Source: an uncultured Spartobacteria bacterium (GTDB taxonomy: Bacteria > Verrucomicrobiota > Verrucomicrobiia > Chthoniobacterales > UBA6821). Taken from it: a DNA stretch of 64,000 nucleotides. Position numbers and translations under genes: made by a program. Of the stretch, positions 52,099 through 62,400 are shown piece by piece. Below the pieces are notes generated by a model, which did not search any database, was not told the DNA's origin, and saw nothing but the letters and a program-made list of their open reading frames with translations. Position 1 is the stretch's first letter. The number at the start of each line of letters is the position of its first letter. The stretch covers positions 18,540 through 82,539 of the forward strand of contig CAIPWR010000041.1 in assembly GCA_903868795.1 (NCBI GenBank), read 5' to 3'.

Positions 52099-53262
52099 AT
52101 GGATCTCGCAACACGCGTCAGCGAACTTACCCCCTCTCTCACTCTTGCCATCGACAGCAAGGCCAAGGCCCTGCGCGCCGAGGGAGTCGATGTCTACAGC
52201 TTCGGAGCCGGCGAGCCCGACTTCGACACGCCGGAGCACATCAAAGCTGCCGCCATCGAGGCGCTCAACGCTGGATTCACGAAGTACACCCCAAGCTCCG
52301 GAATGCCCGAGCTTCGTGCCGCGATCAGTGAGAAGTTCAAGCGCGACAACGGCCTCGACTACAAGCCGAGCGAGATCATCGTCAGTAACGGTGCCAAGCA
52401 GAGCTGCTTCAACGCCATCATGGCCGTCTGCGGCGAGGGCGACGAAGTCATCATCCCTGCTCCTTATTGGCTCAGCTATCCCGACATGGTTCGTCTCGCC
52501 GGAGCCGAGCCCGTCATCGTTCAGACTACCCAGGAGAATGATTGGAAGATGACCCCTCAGCAGTTCGAGGAGGCAATGAGCCCCCGCACGAAGATGGTCA
52601 TCATTAACTCCCCCGGTAATCCTACCGGCTCCGTCTACACCAAGGAAGAGCTTCGCGCCCTGGTCGAGGTCGCCGCCGACGAGGAGATCACCATCCTCTC
52701 TGATGAGATCTACGAGAGCCTTACCTATGACGGTGCAGAGCATGTCTCCGTGGCATCCCTCACCCCCGAGGCTAAGGATCTGACGATCACCATCAATGGT
52801 TTCAGCAAGGCTTACGCAATGACCGGATGGCGCCTCGGTTATCTCGGCGCTCCTGAGAAGATCGCCAAGGCGATCGACTCCATGCAGAGTCACAGCACCT
52901 CCGGCCCCTGCTCCTTCGCCCAGAAGGGTGGTCTCGCCGCCCTCACCGGCAGCCAGCAGTGCGTCGCCGACATGCGCGAGGAATTCAATATCCGCCGCGA
53001 GTACATGTTTGAGCGTCTTTCCGCGATCCACAACGTCACTGCCGTGAAGCCCAAGGGTGCCTTCTACATGCTGGCAAACGTTTCCAAGCTCGGCATGACC
53101 TCCACGAACTTCGCCGACCGCCTGCTCAGCAAGGCGAATGTCGCCGTTGTTCCTGGCATCGCCTTCGGTGATGACCGCGTGGTCCGCCTCAGCTATGCGA
53201 CCGGCCTTGATGTCATCAAGCCAGGTCTCGACCGCTTCGAGGAGTTCTGCAAGACCCTCTAA
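52099..53262 (+). CDS. pyridoxal-phosphate-dependent aminotransferase (aspartate aminotransferase class I)
   Basis: FGAGEPDFDTP, NSPGNPTG, and the PLP-lysine block FSKAYAMTGWRLGY. Confidence 0.9.
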   Translation: MDLATRVSELTPSLTLAIDSKAKALRAEGVDVYSFGAGEPDFDTPEHIKAAAIEALNAGFTKYTPSSGMPELRAAISEKFKRDNGLDYKPSEIIVSNGAKQSCFNAIMAVCGEGDEVIIPAPYWLSYPDMVRLAGAEPVIVQTTQENDWKMTPQQFEEAMSPRTKMVIINSPGNPTGSVYTKEELRALVEVAADEEITILSDEIYESLTYDGAEHVSVASLTPEAKDLTITINGFSKAYAMTGWRLGYLGAPEKIAKAIDSMQSHSTSGPCSFAQKGGLAALTGSQQCVADMREEFNIRREYMFERLSAIHNVTAVKPKGAFYMLANVSKLGMTSTNFADRLLSKANVAVVPGIAFGDDRVVRLSYATGLDVIKPGLDRFEEFCKTL

Positions 53263-53302
53263 AGTTCATTTATTGGTTTCACGGGGAATCCCCGACCAAA
53301 CC

Positions 53303-54223
53303 ATGACTTCCCGAAAGGCCATCCGCTCCCAAGGCGCGGATGGCCTTTCTGCTTATCTGGAGAACCAGCGCAACCTGATCGAGAGAGCGCTGGCTACGGC
53401 TGTTCCCGCTGCCTCAGTTCGCCCTGCCACGATTCACGCGGCGATGCGCTACAGCCTGCTGGCTGGGGGCAAGCGCCTGCGTCCTATCCTGACTCTGGCT
53501 GCTGCCGAGGCCTGCGGAATTAAGGATCCTGCCAAGGTGCTCCCTGCCGCCTGCGCGGTGGAGCTGATCCATACCTATTCCCTAATCCATGATGATCTTC
53601 CCTGCATGGATGATGATGACCTGCGTCGAGGACGTCCCACCTCTCATAAGGTCTATGGAGAGGGGGTCGCCGTCCTTGCTGGTGATGCGCTCTTGACTCG
53701 GGCCTTTGCCCTATTGACCGATATCTCTCCTGCCAAGCGCTACCCTCTTTCAGTCCTTCTCGAGGAGACTGCATTGGCTGCAGGGAGCCTCCAGCTCATA
53801 GCCGGTCAGGTTGCCGATATTGAGGCTGAGGGAAAAAAGCTTTCGATCAGCGATGTCCGCTTTATCCATGAGAGGAAGACTGGGGCCATGATCGTCCTCT
53901 CGCTCAGGCTTGGAGCCATGATCGCCAACGCAACGCCGGGGCAACTTAAGGCAGTCACCCAATTCGGCAAGGCGCTGGGCCTCGCCTTCCAAATCATCGA
54001 CGACATCCTCGATGTCACCCAGTCCAGCGAGCAGTTAGGCAAGAGTGCCGGCAAGGATCTCAAGGCAGCCAAGGCAACCTATCCCGCCGTGATCGGGCTG
54101 GAACCCTCCCATAAGCAGGCGGATCGCCTCACCAAAAAGGCACTTGGTGCCTTGAAAGAACTCGGATTCCAATCCGTAAGGCTGCATCAAATTGCAGAAC
54201 GGCTAATGATTAGGGGATCCTGA
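53303..54223 (+). CDS. ispA: polyprenyl diphosphate synthase (FPP/GGPP synthase)
   Basis: First Asp-rich motif LIHDDLPCMDDDDLRRGRPT and second motif FQIIDDILD. The ORF-track start at 53138 overlaps the aminotransferase and is rejected. Confidence 0.88.
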   Translation: MTSRKAIRSQGADGLSAYLENQRNLIERALATAVPAASVRPATIHAAMRYSLLAGGKRLRPILTLAAAEACGIKDPAKVLPAACAVELIHTYSLIHDDLPCMDDDDLRRGRPTSHKVYGEGVAVLAGDALLTRAFALLTDISPAKRYPLSVLLEETALAAGSLQLIAGQVADIEAEGKKLSISDVRFIHERKTGAMIVLSLRLGAMIANATPGQLKAVTQFGKALGLAFQIIDDILDVTQSSEQLGKSAGKDLKAAKATYPAVIGLEPSHKQADRLTKKALGALKELGFQSVRLHQIAERLMIRGS

Positions 54224-54226
54224 TCA

Positions 54227-54907
54227 ATGAAATACTTTTTACCGGCATTCCTCTCTCTTCTCCTTTGCTCATGTGCTTCGGTCAGCGTCTGCAAGATCAA
54301 GCCTGCAGCAAATCAACCCTTTGTGGCTCCCAAGAAGATCTATGTCCGTGAATTCACAGGCTCAGAGAGCGTTTTCCGGGTAGATCGGAAGGGGGATTCC
54401 CTGACGGAATTCAAGACTAAGACCTCAAAGCAACTCTCCGTTGATCTGGTCAAAAAGCTCAATGAGTCGGTGATCCCCGCCGAAGCGCTAGCTACAAATG
54501 GACGAGCTCCCAAAGGGGAAAATTGGCTCATCACCGGTACCTTTGATCGAGTCAATCAAGGAAGCAGGGCCCTTCGCACGCTTTTCGGCCTTGGATTCGG
54601 GGCTACAAAAATTGAAACGACTGTCCATGTGGCAAGCCTTTCCACTGGAAGGCCTGTTGAGATCCTGAGCTTTAGGACATCAGGAGGATCCAATACCGAA
54701 CCCGGCCCAGGGATTCTGATGGGGCCTCCAGATCCGACAACCATCCTCCCACTGCTTTGGGGCGTTGCGATGCCCGGCCTAACCAAAGACATCACGAGAA
54801 CAGCCAAGGAAATCGCAGCAGAGATTTCTGATTATCTCTCCAAGCACGGGGTGACTCCAAAAAATCCCAAGCTGAAGGTAAAGCTGATGCGAGGACCAAA
54901 GGCCTGA
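54227..54907 (+). CDS. lipoprotein of unknown function (possibly DUF4410-like)
   Basis: Lipobox SLLLCSC. No catalytic motif recognised. Confidence 0.6.
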   Translation: MKYFLPAFLSLLLCSCASVSVCKIKPAANQPFVAPKKIYVREFTGSESVFRVDRKGDSLTEFKTKTSKQLSVDLVKKLNESVIPAEALATNGRAPKGENWLITGTFDRVNQGSRALRTLFGLGFGATKIETTVHVASLSTGRPVEILSFRTSGGSNTEPGPGILMGPPDPTTILPLLWGVAMPGLTKDITRTAKEIAAEISDYLSKHGVTPKNPKLKVKLMRGPKA

Positions 54908-54922
54908 GTTTTAAACACTATC

Positions 54923-55441
54923 ATGATGAAAAAACTTCTTTTGATTCCCTTGATTACTCTACTTCAGATGACCGGCGCGATGGCCCTGACTTCAGGACAT
55001 TTTCCCTCAGTCTCAGGGAAGGATCTCAACGAGAAGCCTTGGGATGCTCCATCCGGTTTTCCCGGTGAGCATACGCTGGTGGTGATCGGGTTTGAGGAAG
55101 AGCAGCAGGGCGGGATTGATTCCTGGTTTAATGGCATGAACGTGCACGATCCCGCCTCAAGGATCTCCTGGATCGAGATGCCCCTGATCAACAATCCCGG
55201 ACTTGTGATGCGGTGGATCATCAATACCGGCATGCGGGGCGGTATCCCCAGCAAAGAAGTCCGTGCCCATGTCTGGACAGCCTACACGAAGAAAAAAGCG
55301 TTTATGGAAGCCTGCGGCATGACATCCACTAAAGATATCTATGCCTTGGTGGTGGACCGCTCCGGAAAGATCATCGCCATGGAATCGGGGAACTACTCCA
55401 AGAAGGGTGCAGAAGTCCTTCGCAAGGCGCTTCAGGATTGA
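54923..55441 (+). CDS. secreted hypothetical protein (172 aa)
   Basis: Signal peptide LLLIPLITLLQMTGAMA. No family recognised. Confidence 0.55.
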   Translation: MMKKLLLIPLITLLQMTGAMALTSGHFPSVSGKDLNEKPWDAPSGFPGEHTLVVIGFEEEQQGGIDSWFNGMNVHDPASRISWIEMPLINNPGLVMRWIINTGMRGGIPSKEVRAHVWTAYTKKKAFMEACGMTSTKDIYALVVDRSGKIIAMESGNYSKKGAEVLRKALQD

Positions 55442-55534
55442 TACGCGGTTACGTCGGTTAGTCAAAACTGGTGCTGGCGCAGGCCCCCGAAACCGAGGAT
55501 AAAGGAGGGCTTCCGACCGAGTCTTTTAGTCCCC

Positions 55535-56833
55535 ATGGCATTTACCGATAAATTTTTCCGCAAGTTGGTTCTCGATGCGTTTTCACGCGCACGTCGTGGA
55601 GAACTCAAGCTGACGATGCCGGGTGGATCTCGGCGTCTGTTCGGTGGTCTTGGCAAGGAACTGCAGGCGGAACTTACCGTGCTTGACGACAACTTCTACC
55701 GCCGATGTGTGCTCTTCGGCCCGATCGGATTTGCCGAGGCCTACCTCGCCGGGGAGTGGGAGACGGAGGATCTGACGCGTACGCTGGCGTGGTTTGTGCT
55801 GAACGGGGATTACTTGGCCGGGATCAAGACGCATGAATCGCGTAACGCGGGGGCCTTCGACCTGCTCGGAACAATCAATCGCATCGGGCATGCGCTCCGC
55901 CCGAACAGCAAGAGCAAGAGCCGTGACAACATCAGCGAGCACTACGATCTGGGAAACGATTTCTTCAAGCTCTGGCTCGACCCGACGATGACCTACTCGG
56001 CGGCCTACTTCGAACCGCCAAATCTCACTATGGAGGAGGCCCAACGTAAAAAATGGGACCAACTCTGCAAGAAGCTCCAACTCTCCTCCCACGATAGCGT
56101 GCTTGAGATTGGTTGCGGTTGGGGAGGCTTTGCCATCCATGCCGCCAAGAATTATGGCTGTCGCGTGACTGCCGCCACGATCAGTGAGGAACAGTTCCGT
56201 GAAGCAGCAGCTCGTGTCGAGGCGGCTGGTGTGGCTGATCTGGTGGAGGTGATCTTCTGCGACTACCGCGACTTGGCGGGCCGATTCGATAATATCGTCT
56301 CGATCGAGATGCTGGAGGCTGTGGGTGACCGGTATGCGGAGACCTTTTTTGGCAAGGTTTCCGAGTTGCTGGCTCCGAGAGGGTTGGTCGGCATCCAGAC
56401 GATCCTTTGTCCCGACAATCAGTTCCCGATTCTTCGCGATGGGGTGGATTTCATCCAGAAGCATATCTTTCCCGGATCGCTGCTCCTCTCGATGCGCCGG
56501 ATCACCGAGGCGCTGAATTCTACAGGCGATCTGAACCTTCTCGATTATGAGGACATGACTCCCTTCTATGCGCGGACGCTTAAGGAGTGGAGGGAGGCAT
56601 TCGTGAAGGTGCTGCCCGAGGTGAAGGCTCAGGGATACGATGAGGCCTTCATCCGCAAGTGGCTCTACTATCTCTGCTACTGCGAGGCGGGATTCGGTAC
56701 CCGACATATCGCGGTCGCCCAGATTATCTACACGCGGCCTGACAATCTCGATATCCATTCACACGCTTACGATCTCGGGCATCACCGGGAGAGGCCAATT
56801 CCACAGACCCATCACACCCCGACTGGTTCCTAA
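55535..56833 (+). CDS. cfa: cyclopropane-fatty-acyl-phospholipid synthase family SAM methyltransferase (long form)
   Basis: CMAS-type blocks HYDLGNDFFKLWLD, VLEIGCGWGGFA, SIEMLEAVG. Confidence 0.85.
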   Translation: MAFTDKFFRKLVLDAFSRARRGELKLTMPGGSRRLFGGLGKELQAELTVLDDNFYRRCVLFGPIGFAEAYLAGEWETEDLTRTLAWFVLNGDYLAGIKTHESRNAGAFDLLGTINRIGHALRPNSKSKSRDNISEHYDLGNDFFKLWLDPTMTYSAAYFEPPNLTMEEAQRKKWDQLCKKLQLSSHDSVLEIGCGWGGFAIHAAKNYGCRVTAATISEEQFREAAARVEAAGVADLVEVIFCDYRDLAGRFDNIVSIEMLEAVGDRYAETFFGKVSELLAPRGLVGIQTILCPDNQFPILRDGVDFIQKHIFPGSLLLSMRRITEALNSTGDLNLLDYEDMTPFYARTLKEWREAFVKVLPEVKAQGYDEAFIRKWLYYLCYCEAGFGTRHIAVAQIIYTRPDNLDIHSHAYDLGHHRERPIPQTHHTPTGS

Positions 56834-56838
56834 GTAAG

Positions 56839-57633
56839 ATGAGTGGAGTGCAGCTTTTTTTCATGGGGCTTGGGCTTGCAAGCCTCCTCATGGTCGTGGT
56901 CTGGGTCATTGCAGTTCGTATCAGGAATGCGGGAATCGTGGATATTGCATGGGCTCTGGGGTTTGCTCCCCTCGCCCTGCTCTACCGGATCTTCGGGGAT
57001 GGTGATCCGATGCGACAGAATCTGATCACCCTCATGGCGGCGCTCTGGAGTCTCCGGCTTGGCATCCATCTTTGGAAGAGGGTCATGGGGCACCATCCCG
57101 AGGAGGATGGCCGTTACCGGGAGTTGCGGCGCGCGGTTTCAGGGCATGAGAACTTTTTCTTCTTCTGGTTTTTTCAGGCACAGGCACTGCTACTGGCTCT
57201 GCTGAGCATCCCGGTGCTGCTGACGAATTTCGATACCCGTGTCCAGTTAGGGTTTAGTGATTTTCTTGGATTTTCCGTCTGGTTGATCGCCATCTTCGGG
57301 GAATCGTTGGCCGACCGACAGCTCAATGCCTTCAAGTCGGTTTCTTCGAACCGGGGTAAGGTTTGTGAGTCAGGTCTCTGGAATTATTCGCGGCATCCCA
57401 ATTATTTTTTTGAGTGGCTCATCTGGGTCGCTTTTTTCCTCTTTGCTTTACCGGCTTCCTGGGGTTGGACAACGATCTTTGCTCCCGCGCTGATGCTCTT
57501 TTTTCTCCTGCGCGTCACGGGTATCCCCTACACCGAGGAGCAATCGCTTCGTTCACGCGGCGAGGCGTACCGGCAGTATCAGAAGAGCACGAGTGCTTTT
57601 GTTCCGTGGTTTAAGTCAAATAATGTGACATAA
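56839..57633 (+). CDS. DUF1295 membrane protein (steroid 5-alpha-reductase / ICMT-like fold)
   Basis: Polytopic protein with the motif GLWNYSRHPNYFFEWLIW. Confidence 0.8.
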   Translation: MSGVQLFFMGLGLASLLMVVVWVIAVRIRNAGIVDIAWALGFAPLALLYRIFGDGDPMRQNLITLMAALWSLRLGIHLWKRVMGHHPEEDGRYRELRRAVSGHENFFFFWFFQAQALLLALLSIPVLLTNFDTRVQLGFSDFLGFSVWLIAIFGESLADRQLNAFKSVSSNRGKVCESGLWNYSRHPNYFFEWLIWVAFFLFALPASWGWTTIFAPALMLFFLLRVTGIPYTEEQSLRSRGEAYRQYQKSTSAFVPWFKSNNVT

Positions 57634-57654
57634 TCCCCCTTTTCCGATTTTCAA

Positions 57655-58689
57655 ATGAGCAGACTCGACTCCCTTCTTGCCCGCGGCCTTGTGCCTGATT
57701 TTCTGGTTCGTGCCGGGATCCGCAATCTTCTGGCAGCCAAGCTCAGGGAGGAGGGGCTCGGTGATGTGGAGGCGAGGGATGCACGCTTCGAGGCGTTTCG
57801 CGCAGGACTTGATGCCTCGCCGATCGCGATCAACACCTCCGATGCCAACGAACAGCATTATCAGGTGCCGACCGAGTTTTACCTCAATGTCCTAGGCCCC
57901 AGGCTGAAGTACAGCAGCGGTTACTGGGCCAGCGCCTCGACAACCTTTGCGGAGTCCGAGGAAGCGATGCTGGAACTCACATGCGCCCGTGCGGAACTCA
58001 AGGATGGGCAGAAGATTCTCGAGCTCGGATGTGGATGGGGCTCCTTGACGCTTTGGATGGCGGAGCATTATCCCAACTCCACGATTACCGCTGTTTCCAA
58101 CTCCTACACGCAGCGCCTGCATATCGAGGCCGAGGCCCATCGCCGCGAACTCTACAATGTCCGGATCATCACCGCCGATATGAACACCTTTGCCCCGCCC
58201 GAGCCCGGCACCTATGACCGTGCCGTTTCGGTGGAAATGTTCGAGCACATGAAGAACTACCGCGAGTTGATGAAACGGATTGCCGGATGGCTCAAACCGG
58301 ACGGGAAGCTCTTCGTTCATATCTTCACCCATCGTGAGTATGCCTATCATTTCGAGGGCAAGGATCCTTCGGACTGGATTACGCGCTACTTTTTCTCGGG
58401 CGGCACGATGCCCTCGCACGATCTGCTACTCTACTTTCAGGATGAGCTGAAGATTGAGCGCCACTGGAAGGTCAACGGCACCCACTACGCCCGTACCTCT
58501 GAGGCGTGGCTCTGCACCATGGATGAAAACAGGAAGACGATCACGCCGATCCTGGAAAAAACCTACGGACGTGCTGAGGCCGACAAATGGAGAGCTTACT
58601 GGCGCACCTTCTTCATGTCCTGCGCCGAGCTTTGGGGTTACCGGGGGGGCGAGGAGTGGATCGTCTCGCATTATCTTTTCCGTAAATGA
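57655..58689 (+). CDS. second CMAS-family SAM-dependent methyltransferase (short form)
   Basis: [45 protein letters not shown]. Confidence 0.85.
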   Translation: MSRLDSLLARGLVPDFLVRAGIRNLLAAKLREEGLGDVEARDARFEAFRAGLDASPIAINTSDANEQHYQVPTEFYLNVLGPRLKYSSGYWASASTTFAESEEAMLELTCARAELKDGQKILELGCGWGSLTLWMAEHYPNSTITAVSNSYTQRLHIEAEAHRRELYNVRIITADMNTFAPPEPGTYDRAVSVEMFEHMKNYRELMKRIAGWLKPDGKLFVHIFTHREYAYHFEGKDPSDWITRYFFSGGTMPSHDLLLYFQDELKIERHWKVNGTHYARTSEAWLCTMDENRKTITPILEKTYGRAEADKWRAYWRTFFMSCAELWGYRGGEEWIVSHYLFRK

Positions 58690-59798
58690 AACGCATCCTT
58701 ATCCTGACTGCCGGATTTGGCGAAGGTCACAACACGGCTTCTCACTGTCTGGCCGAGGCTCTACGTGAGCATCCCGAGGTCGAAGCCAAGGTGGTGGATG
58801 TCTACCAAGAGACCATGCCGGGAATCACCAAGGTTCTCCAGTCGGGCTATGGTCTTGCCATCAACAAGTTCCCCTTCATCTGGAGCGCCATCTTTTCGTT
58901 GCTGGAAACTCCGGGCAATCTGGAGGCGACCCTGCCGCTCGCCGGAAACCTCCGCGAGGCTCTCCGCAGGATCGTCGAGGAGTTCCAGCCGGAGGCCATA
59001 GTCTCCACCTACCCGCTGTATGCTTTCCTCCTGAGGGAACTCAGGAAGCGTGGTCACGCCCCGTCGGGGGTTCCTCTCCTGACGGTTGTCACCGACTCCA
59101 TTGCCATCAACAGCTCTTGGTTCCGCGCCGGCAGTGAGGCATTCATTGTGGCCGACAAGGAGACTGCGCAAGTCCTTGAACGCGGCGGCGTCGATGCCGG
59201 GATTGTTCATGTGCTCGGATTTCCTGTGGCGCCACGTATCGCCGCCCTCCAACCGATGGAGCCAACGATCAGTGGACCAATTCAGCTTCTTTATTTTCCC
59301 TCCTCACGCGTTGCTCATACGCTCGCGGTGATTCGGGAGCTGCAGGCGCATCCTGGGATGGAATTGACCGTTGTGACGGGTCGACTGAAGGCCCTGCATG
59401 CCTCAATCGAGGCCTCCGGGCTCATCGACGGAAATAAGACCCGCCTGATCGGCTGGACCAATCAAGTGCCTGAGCTGCTTGCGGCCCATCATCTCTATAT
59501 TGGCAAGGCGGGAGGAGCCATTGTCCAAGAGGCTATCGCAACCAGCTGTCCGATCGTTGTCAGCCATGTTGTTCCGGGGCAGGAAGAGGGGAACATCGAA
59601 ATGATCGAACGCCATGATGTCGGCCGCTTGGCCGCCCATTATCCCGCAGCACTTGCCGCCTCCGTGGAGGAAGTCTTTGCGAATGAGGGCTCCACCTGGA
59701 AGAGGTGGAAGAAGAATATCAGAGCGATCTCAAAGCCCTCCTCGAGCCGAGATATAGCCTCATTTATCCTAAGAGACGCAGGTTCCTATAACCTTTAA
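58686..59798 (+). CDS. MGDG-synthase-like glycosyltransferase (GT28 family, diacylglycerol glycosyltransferase-like)
   Basis: The start overlaps the upstream stop (ATGA). N-terminus [18 protein letters not shown] and C-terminal block [19 protein letters not shown]. Confidence 0.75.
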   Translation: MKRILILTAGFGEGHNTASHCLAEALREHPEVEAKVVDVYQETMPGITKVLQSGYGLAINKFPFIWSAIFSLLETPGNLEATLPLAGNLREALRRIVEEFQPEAIVSTYPLYAFLLRELRKRGHAPSGVPLLTVVTDSIAINSSWFRAGSEAFIVADKETAQVLERGGVDAGIVHVLGFPVAPRIAALQPMEPTISGPIQLLYFPSSRVAHTLAVIRELQAHPGMELTVVTGRLKALHASIEASGLIDGNKTRLIGWTNQVPELLAAHHLYIGKAGGAIVQEAIATSCPIVVSHVVPGQEEGNIEMIERHDVGRLAAHYPAALAASVEEVFANEGSTWKRWKKNIRAISKPSSSRDIASFILRDAGSYNL

Positions 59799-59830
59799 CC
59801 AATAACCAAGCGGCTTCCACTTCCTCCCTC

Positions 59831-60106
59831 TTACTGGGCGGAGGAGGGCTTGCTCAGAAGCTGCGCATAGAAGAGATCGTTGTTCCACGTCGTGACGGCG
59901 ACGCCCCCCACGGGAGTCCATCCCTTGGAGAGATGCAGCTGCAGGTCGTCGTTAAATGGCTGTTTGTAGCCCGAGATCATCTTGTAACGAAGGGAGGGCG
60001 TTCCCTGTTGGGTCTGCGCGGAGCCATTATTCGGAGAAGCTTGGAGGAGGAGCGTTTGTGATGCCAGCAGGAGCAGTGTTATGAACACGGAGGTTGTGAT
60101 TTTCAT
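59831..60106 (-). CDS. small secreted hypothetical protein (91 aa)
   Basis: Signal peptide ITTSVFITLLLLASQTLLLQA. No family recognised. Confidence 0.5.
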   Translation of the reverse strand: MKITTSVFITLLLLASQTLLLQASPNNGSAQTQQGTPSLRYKMISGYKQPFNDDLQLHLSKGWTPVGGVAVTTWNNDLFYAQLLSKPSSAQ

Positions 60107-60141
60107 GTGAGGGTTGATGTCGGTGGATCAGTTACTAGTTC

Positions 60142-61941
60142 CTAAAATAGATCGGGATATCGCGTCCGCGCGAGTCCCGTTGTGCGTGCATAAATTTCAG
60201 CGGCCCGTTCTCCGGAAAGTGCATGCGCGACGATTTCCTGACAGGAGGGAAGATCCAGGCTTCGAATCGCCTTCTTAACACGTGGAACCAGTGCGGCGCT
60301 GGCACTGAGTTCGTCAATACCAAGTCCGAGCAGCAGAGGGGTGAATTCGATGTCACCGGCCAGCTCGCCACAAACGCCGACCCAGATTCCTGCTGCATGG
60401 GCTCCATCCACGATGGTCTTCAGGATCCTGACGACGGCAGGATTCGAGGGGTCATGGAGATGAGAAATCCTTTCATTGCCACGATCGACGGCCATCAGGT
60501 ATTGGAGCAGATCATTGGTCCCGATGCTGAAGAACTTTACCTCGCGTGCAAGCACGTCGGCCATGAGAGCGGCGCTAGGGACTTCGATCATGATGCCGAG
60601 TTCCAGGTCCTTCTTGAAGGGAACGCCTCGTATGTTGAGTTCATCGGCCGCTTCGGCAAGAAGTGCCTTGGCATGATGCAACTCCTCGATACCCGAGATC
60701 ATGGGAAACATCATCTTGAGGTTCCCATGGACGCCGGCGCGTAGGATCGCGCGCAGTTGGGTTTTGAAGATTTCGGGGTTGTTCAGGCAGAAGCGGATGG
60801 CGCGGCAACCCAGGAAAGGGTTTTGCTCATCGCCAAGATCCAGGCATTCAGTCGGTTTGTCTCCGCCGATATCGAGGGTCCTTATGATGACGGGTTGGGG
60901 ATTGATCTTCTCAGCAACAAGGCGATAAACCGCATACTGCTCCTCCTCGTTGGGTGGGGTCGTGCGGTTGAAATAGAGGAATTCCGTACGGTAGAGGCCG
61001 ATGCCGTCTGCACCACAGGCCGCCACCTCGTCGAGTTCCTCGGGAAGCTCAATGTTCGCGGCGAGCATGATGTGACGCCCATCAAGGGTGGTCGAATCAG
61101 TCTCCCTGAGAATCTCCAGTCCCTCTTCGATATCCTCCTTCGCCTCAGCAATGGCCTGATACGTCAGATGGGTGGAGGGTGACGGGTTCAGGAAGATCTT
61201 GCCGCTATAGCCGTCGATAAGAATGAGGCAGCCGTTTTCCAGTTCGGTGCAGATGCCCTCGAGTCCCACAACAGCGGGGATGCCCAGCGAACGAGCCATG
61301 ATTGCCACGTGGGATGTCTTGCTCCCCTTCTCTGTGATGAAGCCCGCGACGTTTTCGCGATTCAGCGTGGCGGTATCCGAGGGAGTAAGCTCATCGGCCA
61401 CGATGATGTGATTGCGATCGTGACCTCCCAGTCGTTGTCCCGACTTTCCCAAAAGATGACGAGTCACCCTGCGGGCGACATCCTCGAGATCAATCGCCCT
61501 CTCCCTAAGGTAAGGATCGTCGATGGAGGAAAGTGATTTGATGAATTTGTGGATGACTCCTTGGAAAACAAATTCGGCATTATGCCGCTCAGTCCGGATC
61601 CCATTGATCACTTCAGTGATCAGGGTGGGATCTTCCAAAACCATCAGATGGGCATCAAAGATCCCTGCATCACCTGCTCCTGCTGATTGGGCAAGGCGTT
61701 CTTGAAGCTCAAGGATCTCCTTTCTCGTTGCAATCAGAGCTCCTTCAAAACGAGCGACTTCCGCATCCAATTCCTGATCCTGAAGATCACGAAAGGGAAT
61801 CGATTCCTCCTCCTGAAAATGGATCAGAACCTTTCCTTCAGCGATTCCCGGCGCGACGGCCGTACCCTGAAAGACACGCTCCTCCCCAGTGGGGGAGGCA
61901 GCCTCCGGGTGCAGTTTTTTCTTGGATGAGCGTATACCCAC
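60142..61941 (-). CDS. ptsI: phosphoenolpyruvate--protein phosphotransferase (PTS enzyme I)
   Basis: Phosphohistidine block GSKTSHVAIMARSLGIPAVVG. PEP-utilising TIM barrel (IRTLDIGGDKP, FFSIGTNDLLQY). Confidence 0.92.
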   Translation of the reverse strand: MGIRSSKKKLHPEAASPTGEERVFQGTAVAPGIAEGKVLIHFQEEESIPFRDLQDQELDAEVARFEGALIATRKEILELQERLAQSAGAGDAGIFDAHLMVLEDPTLITEVINGIRTERHNAEFVFQGVIHKFIKSLSSIDDPYLRERAIDLEDVARRVTRHLLGKSGQRLGGHDRNHIIVADELTPSDTATLNRENVAGFITEKGSKTSHVAIMARSLGIPAVVGLEGICTELENGCLILIDGYSGKIFLNPSPSTHLTYQAIAEAKEDIEEGLEILRETDSTTLDGRHIMLAANIELPEELDEVAACGADGIGLYRTEFLYFNRTTPPNEEEQYAVYRLVAEKINPQPVIIRTLDIGGDKPTECLDLGDEQNPFLGCRAIRFCLNNPEIFKTQLRAILRAGVHGNLKMMFPMISGIEELHHAKALLAEAADELNIRGVPFKKDLELGIMIEVPSAALMADVLAREVKFFSIGTNDLLQYLMAVDRGNERISHLHDPSNPAVVRILKTIVDGAHAAGIWVGVCGELAGDIEFTPLLLGLGIDELSASAALVPRVKKAIRSLDLPSCQEIVAHALSGERAAEIYARTTGLARTRYPDLF

Positions 61942-62009
61942 GGAATGTGGTTACAGAAGAGTGACCCTCGGGTCAAAGATGGAATGCACCTCTCTTACAC
62001 CGACGGCCA

Positions 62010-62342
62010 TCAAGCCTCATCCCGGGCGGGTACCTCAATCGCCTCACAAACGTCTCGCCAGCCCGGAAAATTCCATGAATTAGGGAAGTCCTTGCACTGC
62101 TGAGGCTTCACCTTCTGAATCGAGCATTCGTTCCCCTTCAAGAAAAAGCAGGCTCCATCCTCCCGATCGATCAGCGCTAGGCCACCCCTGTTCGGGCGCA
62201 GGCGCGTGTAGTGCTGGATGAAGTGACCCTCCTCCAGGCCAAGGTATGCGGCGATGGCCAAAACTTCCTCCTCAGTCACTCTGACGAATCCTGGCCATCG
62301 GCAGCAGGCAGTGCAGCGTTGGCAGAGGTAGGTGGGAGGCAT
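62010..62342 (-). CDS. YkgJ-family cysteine-cluster protein (UPF0153)
   Basis: CQRCTACCRWPG (CxxCxxCC) and C-terminal Cys residues. Confidence 0.8.
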   Translation of the reverse strand: MPPTYLCQRCTACCRWPGFVRVTEEEVLAIAAYLGLEEGHFIQHYTRLRPNRGGLALIDREDGACFFLKGNECSIQKVKPQQCKDFPNSWNFPGWRDVCEAIEVPARDEA

Positions 62343-62352
62343 GGGGAAAAGG

Positions 62353-62377
62353 ATGAATTATGAATTATGAATTATGA
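62353..62377. repeat. tandem heptamer (ATGAATT) x3.5 in the divergent ykgJ/rfbD promoter region
   Basis: ATGAATTATGAATTATGAATTATGAA read directly from the sequence. Confidence 0.9.
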
Positions 62378-62400
62378 AGGACTGAATCTATTATTCGCGC

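Noticed and set aside
52066-53031. 321-aa ORF on the minus strand
   Set aside because: Antisense to the aminotransferase gene, with a Gly/Asp/Leu/Ala-rich translation and no motifs. Shadow ORF.
55583-56758. 391-aa ORF on the minus strand
   Set aside because: Antisense to the CFA-synthase-family gene, whose own frame has clear SAM-MT motifs. Shadow ORF.
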